64,000 bases of DNA from Eledone cirrhosa (lineage: Eukaryota): positions 86,676,001-86,740,000 of the forward strand of contig OZ024742.1 of assembly GCA_964016885.1 (NCBI GenBank), written 5' to 3'. This document shows, piece by piece, positions 55,085 through 64,000 of the stretch. The stretch's first letter is position 1, and each line of letters opens with the position of its first letter. A model generated the notes under the pieces. That model had not been told where the DNA came from, ran no database searches, and worked only from the letters and a program-made list of their open reading frames with translations. A program made the translations under genes and the position numbers.

Positions 55085-55349
55085 AGTAGAAGCGGTATTG
55101 GATTTGTTGGAAATCCAATAAATATAGATGTTTATAACTGATTTAGAGCACTCAACACTTTTCTTGGATAAATCTATCCACTGAATATCCAACCGTTAAG
55201 GTATGATTTTCATGGGTGTGTCTCTATTTATAAAACAAACTTTGTATTTTCTCTGATGAAAGCGTACCAATGTGTCTTGGTACCCTTGAAATATATAAAA
55301 TAAAAGAAATATGGTTTTATAAATATAGTTTCCATTTATTTAATATCAT

Positions 55350-55351
<2 letters not shown>
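55085..55351. mobile_element. PLE pseudo-LTR scar (inverted tail plus terminus with hammerhead motif)
   Basis: 55085-55157 matches 43988-44059; 55170-55351 is the reverse complement of 44078-44270; ctgatga-aag..ctt-gaaatatata. Confidence 0.75.
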
Positions 55352-55409
<58 letters not shown>

Positions 55410-55425
<16 letters not shown>

Positions 55426-55691
55426 CGAGGGTGTGTGTGTCTGCATGTATGTGGACAAGTTTGGACAGCTAAGGCTTTTATAATTCCCACGCGAATTTGA
55501 CCAAATTTTCTGTGTACCATGCACCTGTCGCTAAGATGGTCACAATACAAATCTTGTTCAAATCGACCGACGCTGAGCAATAAAAAATCGATAGCAAAAT
55601 TATCTATATATATAAAAGCGAGGATGTGTGTGTACAGGTTATGAAAGACCACGATGTCAGAATCAGTGGTAGAGAAATCTCTGAGAGAGTT

Positions 55692-55726
<35 letters not shown>

Positions 55727-56830
55727 AGATATGGTAGAGAGGGAGAGGGGGAAGATATAGTACAGTGGGAGAGAGAGGAGATATGTTACAGAGAGATAGA
55801 GAGAGATATGGTACAGGGAGGGAGGGAGAGAGAAGATATAGTACAGAGGAAGGGAGAGAGAGGAGATATGGTATAAAGTGAGAGACAGGAGATATGGTAT
55901 AAAAAGAGTGAGAGAGGGGAGATATGGTACAGAGAGGCAGAGTGAGAGAGAGAGAGAGTGAGGGAGAGAGATGAGATATGTTAGAAAGAGAGAGAAAGGG
56001 GGAGATATAATACAAAGAGAGAACGAGATATTGAGAGAACACGAGAGCGAGAGAGAGTGAGAGAGCCCGAGAGCGTGAGAAAAGATATGGTATAAAAAGA
56101 GACAGAGAGGGAGATGAGATACAAAGAGAGAGAAAAGGGGAGATATAATACAAAGAGAGAAAGAAAGAGAGGAGTCATACAAAAGAGTAAGAACGGAAAG
56201 CCATAATTAATGGAGGGAGTAGGATGCAGCCGAAATATAAAGAGAGGGAAAAAAGAGACAGCGAGAGAGGAGAAAGAGAAAGAAAGGAGAAATGACACAA
56301 ACAGAGAGAGATAAGGAAAATAAGATATACAAAGAGAGAAATTGAGAGAGAAAATAACAGAAAGAAAGAGACGGAGTAAGTAAGAGTGGCGGAAAGAGGT
56401 AGACAGATACGTTGAAGGGGAGGAGAAAAATGTAGAGGAGTGAGGAGATGAAACAATTATGGAAGCCAGTTAGGGCAAGTAATTGTGTATTGTATACAAA
56501 TCTTGGTTGAAAATTTCTTTGGCTGACTATGAAGGAGTGATGCTAGTGTTGCGAAATCTATATTAGCGAGGATGTGTGTGTGTATGTGTGTGTGTGAGTG
56601 TGTGTGTGTCTGTGGACAATTTTGGACAGCTAAGGCTTTTACAATTCCCAACGGAATTTGACCAAATTTTCTGTGCACGCTGCACCTGTCGCTATGATGG
56701 TTTCATCACAACATTTTTCAAATAGACCCACGTTGAACAATAAAAAATCATATGCCTGTGTCAGCAAACCCATAAATTCTAAATCCTTATGGGAATTGCA
56801 AACCCCGGTCAACGCCGGGTAAATCTGCTA

Positions 56831-56831
<1 letters not shown>
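55410..56831 (+). mobile_element. Composite non-autonomous Helitron: three 5' ends, one 3' end
   Basis: tata..agcgagg(a/g)tgtgtg heads at ~55410, 55603 and 56557; hairpin cccgg-tcaacg-ccggg then CTAG/t at 56828-56831. Confidence 0.7.
55680..56455. repeat. Purine-rich minisatellite (gagatatggtacagag-like units in GA runs)
   Basis: Recurring gatat(a/g)gtac motif every ~25-35 bp. Confidence 0.8.
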
Positions 56832-56865
<34 letters not shown>

Positions 56866-56868
<3 letters not shown>

Positions 56869-58270
56869 CTACAATATTTTCTATACCTTTCATTTATATA
56901 TTTATACTCGGATTTCTTTCCTAGAGTGCTTAAATTATATGTGACTAATCCCGGTATTTTTATATTAAAAAAACCGCGATAATATTGCTTTTTGCTGAAC
57001 TCCTTATTGTAGAGTTTTTTTCGGAATGTTTTTGACTGTTGTTTCTTGTAAACAAACATTCGTCTCATTCTGACGTCACCAACCCTGTCTTTCCACATGT
57101 GCGTTTTATTTTCACGATCACGCATGATGGTGAACTAGCCTGCTTTAAATTCCCTTTTTGGCTTATTAATCAGTGAGAAATGTTGGTTATCGAGTTGAAC
57201 TCTGCTGAGGATCGAATTATAACTGTGACCATCTCCACTGAAAGTTTTCGTGAAATAGTCTTCAAGACTATACAGAGCATTTGAAGTTTTTTCCAAATTG
57301 AAGGATGAGAATTTTAAACTTTATTTTATCATGAGTTAAGGCTCTATTGATTTTTCCCTGGATTTCACTAAATTCTGTTGCATGAATCTATATCCTGATT
57401 CTTTTGAGTTGAGTTTCAATTATTTCTCCCACATCTTACGTTAACTATTTTTCCCATTTTGACGCTATAGTTACATATCTATTATGGAATACTGTTGGCT
57501 TTTTGCTACAATATTTTCTATACCTTTGATGTATATATTTATGCTCGGATTTCTTTCCTAGACTGCTTAAATTATTTGTGACTAATCCCGATATTTTTAT
57601 ATATAAAAACCGCGACAATAATCCTTTTTGCTGAACTACTTATTGTAGAGTTTTTTTTCGGAATGTTTTTGACTTGTTTCTTGTAAACAAACATTCGTCT
57701 CATTCTGACGTCACCAGCCCTGTCATTCACATGTGCGTTATATTTTCATAATCACGCATGATGGTGAACTAGCCTGCTTTTAAATTCCCTTTTTGGCATA
57801 TTAATCAATGAGAAATTTTGGTTATCGAGTTGAGCTCTGCTGAGGATCGAATTCAAACCGTCACAATCTCCACTGAAAGTTTTCGGGAAATAGTCTTCAA
57901 GACTATACAGAGCATTTGAAGTTTTTTCCAAATTGAAGGATGAGTATTTTAAACTTTATTTTATCATGAGTTAAGGCTCTATTGATTTTTCCCTGGATTT
58001 CACTAAATTCTGTTGGATGAATCTATATCCTGATTCTTTTGAGTTGAGTTTGAATTATTTCTCACACATCTTACGTTAACTATTTTTCCCATTTTGACGC
58101 TATAGTCACATATATATTATGGAATAATGTTGGCTTTTTGCTACAATATTTTCTATACCTATGCATATATGTATAATGTAATAATGTTGGCTTTTTGCTA
58201 CAATATTTTCTATACCTATGCATATATGTATTTCTATACCTATGCATATATGTATTTTCTATTCTATGCA

Positions 58271-58275
<5 letters not shown>
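56866..58275. repeat. ~636-bp tandem repeat, two full units plus a third start decaying into short repeats
   Basis: ttgctacaatattttctatacct at 56866, 57503, 58138 and ~58195. Confidence 0.9.
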
Positions 58276-58326
<51 letters not shown>

Positions 58327-59682
58327 TACATATATATATATATATAACGAAGGAAATGTAGTAAGGAACCAGGTGGACCATAACGCACCAAAGTACTCAA
58401 TACTTAGGGTAGTAGAGTGGGTAATAGGAACGAGTAGGACCCCGTCGGCTGACATCAGGCCGTTTCGACGGCTAATTCTGGACTAAATGAACATTTGTTA
58501 TCCTGGTATTTGAATAGCCGAGCTTCTCAGGGGGTAATTCCATATATGGTAAAAGTGATTGTCACAATGATTGGTCAAAAGTTTGTTGCTGAGACATAAT
58601 AATTCTATCATGGCAATGTGTGGAGGGAAAGGGTAGCTGAACCTGCCAGTAGAAGAAAGAGGAAAAGGGGGTGGAAGAAACCCAATCGTGCGTTGATAAT
58701 GCCAACTACAGCTGGGTAGGAGGTCAAAGAAGATACTAGGGGGCGGGGGGGAGGAAGTCGAAACAATAAGTAAAACAATATGGGGGAAATATATAGAAAA
58801 ATACCGAGAATGTTAAAAAACAATTAAATGTAAAAAACAATTTCTGGTTACTATAACCTAAGGACAGCTATCAAGTCTCTCACTGGTACTGCTAGACTAA
58901 AGAAAGGTTTACTAGGTGGGACGGAATTATAATGAGACCCTTTTAAGAGGTATAAGTAAACAACCGAATTTATCTTACGGTGACGGGTCAACAAATGGGG
59001 GGCCAAAATACTAAAGAAACTACCACGAAATAATAATTCAGAGTCCCGAGACCAGTACGAAATAAAGGTTTCTACCCCAGGCACAAGGCCAGCAAACACC
59101 CAGTGCAAAAAAAATAAACTAATACGAAATAATCTTTCAGAATCCCGAAACAGAATGCTAATACTATCTCTAAACGGGCCGCCACGATACAAAAATTCTA
59201 GTGCAAACTACATAAATGCTCGTACGAAGTATATGTAAAATTTGATACGGAAAATTAATTCAGAACCCCCCACCCCACCCCACCCCCCAAAAATATACAT
59301 ACTGATATACGAGAAATTAAAGCAAATATACCAATAAGAAATATAGAAAGCACGGAAAAGGGGTAGCCCTCGGATAAGAAGGCAAGTATCTGGGGTCTAA
59401 CACCTCTGCTATAAAAAGCAGAGTCAGCCAAATCTATCATAGAATAGGGGAATGGGGTGTGGTACTGAGGCTACAAAGGACCGAGGGGCTGCCTCGGGTG
59501 TGCGAGAAAGTACAAGGACGACGACAAAAAAGAGGACTAGGGTGGAAGGACTAGGGATGGATGGGGGGAAGAAGGAAGTATATAGGAAGTGATAAAAAGA
59601 TATAAAAGAAGATCTTAGGTCTACCTTTGCAAGCAGGGGTTACCCATTACAGAATCGGCAAGTGGGGTGTTATAGCCCTATT

Positions 59683-60465
59683 CTACCCCCCCCCCTCCCT
59701 GGGGGGGGCGTTATGGGGTTTGAGGGCGAGGTAGGTTCTACGCAATCTGTGTTTACATGCAGTTACCAGTTCATCTTTCTTGTTTAGGAGTTGGTCCGTC
59801 GAAAACAGCATTTGTAAAGTTTCCTCCGCGCATAAATTGCACGGACGGCGACCTCCCGTGTAAGAGTTGGCTCTGGACAGTAAGCTCCAAGTGAGATCAT
59901 AGGTAATATTGTTATCCTTGAGGTCCCATATGTGGCCCGAAAGTGTAGTGGCGTGACGCCGGGCCGGGTTTCGGAAGGTATGTCTGTGTTGGTATAGCCG
60001 GATCTTGAAGTCACATGCGGTTAATCCTATATAAGCTTTGTTGGAGGTGACCACGCTTCCGTTGCACTGGTAGATCACATTAGGATCTCTGCATCTGTTG
60101 TCGAGGGGGGAAATGGATCCATCAGGACAGTTGCACCTCCTGGTCGGCTCTCCACTGCTATTTAGGTTATTTCTTCCATAGGGGTTGAGTTTTTTGTTGT
60201 TAGAGGAGACGATGTTTTGTGCAAAGTTTGGTGTAGTGCTGTAGGAGAGTTTGATGGTATTTTTGTTAATTATGTTGTGGTAGCGGTGTTGTAGTGGGAA
60301 GTCTTTTTCAATGAGCCTAAAGAATATTTTCCCGAAAGGAGTTGTCACCTCGGCGTTGTGGGGAGGATTGAACCATGTTACGTTGCGGGAGCGGCGGTGT
60401 CGCCTTCTGGTTCCGCTAATGGAAGCTGGACAGTAGGATATTTCCTCCTGGAAACCTCTCCGCAT
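59683..60465 (-). CDS. PLE linker plus GIY-YIG endonuclease (largest open segment)
   Basis: WFNPPHN..CNC..VIYQC..YIGLTA..CNLCAEE..LLNKKDELVTACKHR. Confidence 0.85.
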   Translation of the reverse strand: MRRGFQEEISYCPASISGTRRRHRRSRNVTWFNPPHNAEVTTPFGKIFFRLIEKDFPLQHRYHNIINKNTIKLSYSTTPNFAQNIVSSNNKKLNPYGRNNLNSSGEPTRRCNCPDGSISPLDNRCRDPNVIYQCNGSVVTSNKAYIGLTACDFKIRLYQHRHTFRNPARRHATTLSGHIWDLKDNNITYDLTWSLLSRANSYTGGRRPCNLCAEETLQMLFSTDQLLNKKDELVTACKHRLRRTYLALKPHNAPPREGGG

Positions 60466-62053
60466 TAGGGCCTGGTTGTAATAAGGCGCATGTTCCTCGA
60501 ATATCTGCTCATTAGCGGACAGACGAGATATGCGGAGGGAGATGTTTTTAACCGGGTTATTAGTGATGTCCCTAGGATGGTTTGACCGGCGGTGGATGTA
60601 GTGCAGGTTGTCGTTAGGTTTCCTGTATGGGTAGTACAGATCATTATCGAGGTCAAGGGTAACGTCCAGGAGTTTACTCGGGTCAGCTACGTATGTAGGG
60701 TTATTTAAAATCCTCAGTCGCGGAAGAAGCTGATTAATTGTTTACGGACCCAATCTGTACTACTGGGGTTGTACCCTTTAAGGGTAAGGAGCGCATCATC
60801 ACGGTCAATCCACCGCCGAATGCAGGAAACATATCGGTGAGTTTGGCTATTAGGAAGAATCCTATAAGATATGTGACGTCAGCCGAATCCGTCGCGCCCA
60901 TGCTGACGTCGAAGGGTGATTCGGGAGCTCTCTTTATCCATTTGGAGTTGTCGAAGAGTAAGACTGTCTTCCTGGCGTGGAGGATGATGTTTCTTTCCTG
61001 GTTGCTGATGGGCACAAGTGTTTCTGCGAAGTCCAAGGCAGCCGTAAGTAGCGGTAAGGTAATTGAAGCATAGTAACTCTCTATGTCAAACTGAATGAAT
61101 TTAGTGTCTCGTTTTTCCTCCATATTGCTGAACCATGAGATTACTTCCTGGCGTGTTGCTGAAATTTTGGTATAACGCGGTCTCGGATTTTTTTGCTGAT
61201 TCTCCCTATGTCGGACTTCGTTGGGTTTATAAGCCTGATAGAAGGTTTACGATCGAAATCGTATTTGTGGTCCTTGAGAGGGGGGTGAGGGGGGGGGGGT
61301 TCTGAATTAATTTTCCGTATCAAATTTTACATATACTTCGTACGAGCATTTATGTAGTTTGCACTAGAATGTTTGTATCGTGGCGGCACCCTTAGAGTAG
61401 TATTAGTATTCTTTTTCGGGATTCTGAATTATTATTTCGTATTAGTTAATTTGTTTTGCACTGGGTGTTTGCTGGCCTTGTGCCTGGCGTAGAAACCTTT
61501 ATTTCGTACTGGTCTCGGGACTCTGAATTATTATATCGTGGTAGTTTCTTTAGTATTTTGACCCCCCCCCCCCCACACACACACACACACACTTGTTGAC
61601 CCGTCACCGTAAGATATATTCGGTTGTTTACGTATACCTCTTAAAGGGTCTCATTATAATTCCGACCCACCTAGTAAACCTTTCTTTAGTCTAGCAGTAC
61701 CAGTGAGAGACTTGATAGCTGTCCTTTGGTTATAGTAACCAGACATTGTTTTACTTTTACATTTAATTGTTTTTTAACACTCTCGGTATTTTTCTATATA
61801 TTTACCCCATATTGTTTTACTGATTGTTTCGACTTCCTATCCCTCCCCCCTAGTATCTTCTTTGACCTCCTGCCCAGGTGTAGTTGGCACTATCAACGCA
61901 CGACTGGGTTTGTTCCACCCGCTCTCCCTCTTTCTTCTACTGGCAGGTTCAGCTACCCCTTCCCTCCATACATTGCCATGATAGAATTATTATGTCTCAA
62001 CAACAAACTTTTGACCAATCCTTGTGACAATCACTTTTACCATATATGGAATT

Positions 62054-62150
62054 ATCCCCTGAGAAGCTCGGCTATTCAAATACCAGGATAAAAAATGTTC
62101 ATTTAGTCCAGAATTAGCCGTCGAAACGGCTTGAGCTCAGCCGTCGGGGT
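62054..62150 (+). ncRNA. Extended type-I hammerhead motif with long stems II and III
   Basis: atccc-CTGAGAA-g..cggcta..tagccg..c-GAAACGGC..GCCGTC-ggggt; homologues at 58439-58535 and 62421-62517 on minus. Confidence 0.6.
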
Positions 62151-62161
62151 CCTACTCGTTC

Positions 62162-62269
<108 letters not shown>

Positions 62270-62329
62270 ATATATATGTATACATATATATATATATGTA
62301 TGCATGTATATATATATGTGTGTATATAA

Positions 62330-64000
62330 GAAATGAATTATGGTCGGGAACCAGATGGACCCTAACGCGCCAGATTACTCAATACTTAGGGTAGTAGAGT
62401 GGGAAATAGCAAAAAGTATGACCGCCACGGCAGAGATCAAGCCGTTTCGACGGCTATTTCTGGACTAAATTAGAATTTTTAGCCTGGTGAATAAATAGCC
62501 GAACTTTTCAAAGGGGTACTTCCTTATATGGGAAGATTGTATTTGTCAAGAGGATGGTTAAATCTTGTAAGTAAATCGAATGAGAGTAGGAGACAATAAA
62601 ATATAATAGAAAGAAATAAAAAAATATATAAAATTAGATAGTGAGAAATGAATAAAAATAATCACAATGCTATCTTACAATTACAGGTTAGTAAGTTGAG
62701 AATAGAAAAAAACTTGTATAAATTGAGTATTACCAGAACTGATACAGAAATAAAGGGGTTTAACACTTCTGCTATAAGTAGTTAGTACAACGTATTCGGC
62801 CAATTCTATCTTAAAAATACAGGGGTGGGGGAACAGATGCTACAGAGGATCGATGGGCTGCATCGGGGTAGGCGAAGGGGAAAAGCAGACGAGGAAGAAA
62901 ATAAGGAGTGGAAGGAAGTGATAGGATGAGACAAGGGGAAGAAGAAGACAAAGATGAAAAGAAAAGAAAGGAGATACATCTACCTAAGTAAGTTGGGATT
63001 TCCCCTAACTTATCCGGCAAGTAGGGGGTATCACCATTTGTCTACGCACCCAGGTTGTTATAGAGGTTTGAGGGCGAGGTAAGTCCTATGCAATCTGTGT
63101 TTTCATGCGGTTACCAGTTCGTCTTTATTGTTTAGGAGTTGGTCCTTCGAAAACAGCATTTGTAATGTTTCCTCAAAGCATAAGTTACACGGACGCCGTC
63201 CTCCCGTGTAAGCTATAGCTTTGGACAGTAAGCTCCAATTGAGATTGTAGGTCATCTTATCATCTTGGAGGTCCCAGATGTGGCCCGAAAGTGCAGTGGC
63301 ATATCGCCGGACCGGGTTTCGGAAAGTGTGTCGGTGTTGGTAGAGCCGGGTCTTGAAGTCACGCGCGGTTAATCCTATATAAGCTTTGTTGGACGTCTCC
63401 GTCCTCACGCTGCACTGGTAGATCACGTTACGTTCTCGGCATTTGTTGTTGAGGGGGCACGTAGTTCTATCAGGGCAGTTACACCTCCTGGTCGGCTCTC
63501 CACTGATGTCTAGGTTAATTCTTCCATAGGAGTTGAGTTTTTTGTTGTTTGAGGAGACGATGTTTTGTGCGAAGTTAGGTGTGGTGCTGTAGGAGAGTTT
63601 GGTGGTGTTTTTGTTGTTTATGTTGTGGTAGCGGTTTTGTAGTGGGAAGTATTTTTTGAGGAACCTAAAGAAATATTCCCGTTAGGTGTTGCTACCTCGG
63701 CATTATGGGTAGGATTGAACGGCGTTACGTTGCATAAGCGGCGGTGTCGCTGCTGGATCCGCTAAAGGAAGCTGGATTAAAGGATATTTCCTCCCGAAGC
63801 CACTCCGCTTGAGGGCCGGGTTGTAATGAGGCGAGTGTTCGGCGAATATCTGCTCATTAGCGGACGAACGATTATGTGGAGGGAGATCTTTTTAACCAGG
63901 TTATTGGTGTTGTTTCCAGGATGGTTATAGCGGCGGTTGATGTAATGCAGGTTGTCGTTTGGTTTCCTGTATGAGTAGTACAGACCATTTTCAACTAATC
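62330..64000 (-). mobile_element. PLE of the same family, running off the window end
   Basis: ORF 63103-63426 IYQC..YIGLTARDFKTRLYQH..CNLCFEE; terminus homologous to 58346-58540. Confidence 0.9.

Larger units (their letters stand above)
58346..62161 (-). mobile_element. PLE (RT plus GIY-YIG, frameshifted) with ~850-bp inverted pseudo-LTRs
   Basis: PSIRLINPTKSDIG, FIQFDIESYYASI, FDVSMGATDSA, WFNPP, YIGLT..FKIRLYQH; 58428-59280 inverted relative to 61290-62161; (TA)n flanks. Confidence 0.93.

Overview
Eukaryotic, AT-rich, almost entirely repeat-derived DNA. The SINE cores, microsatellite load and element mix suggest a coleoid cephalopod (octopus-like) genome, which is an inference. Bases ~0.66-17.2 kb are a nest of non-LTR retrotransposons (Tx1/L1-type with APE, RT and zf-RVT; three Dong/R4-type families with RT and REL endonuclease) joined through (TAA)n/(TTA)n, with a strict orientation rule that flips at ~5757. 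Bases ~18.7-64 kb hold many Penelope-like element (PLE) insertions in (TA)n, nearly all tail-out fold-backs with inverted pseudo-LTRs, including a ~1 kb near-perfect palindrome. Their pseudo-LTRs carry type-I hammerhead ribozyme motifs with several non-canonical cores. Also present are a non-coding element headed by an HDV-like ribozyme fold, CRE and RTE fragments, SINEs, non-autonomous Helitrons, a ~636-bp tandem repeat, and possible exons of a decayed minus-strand host gene (tentatively APCDD1-like). No intact host gene, rRNA, tRNA or CRISPR array is supportable. Boundaries of decayed elements are approximate and all alignments and folds were done by eye.
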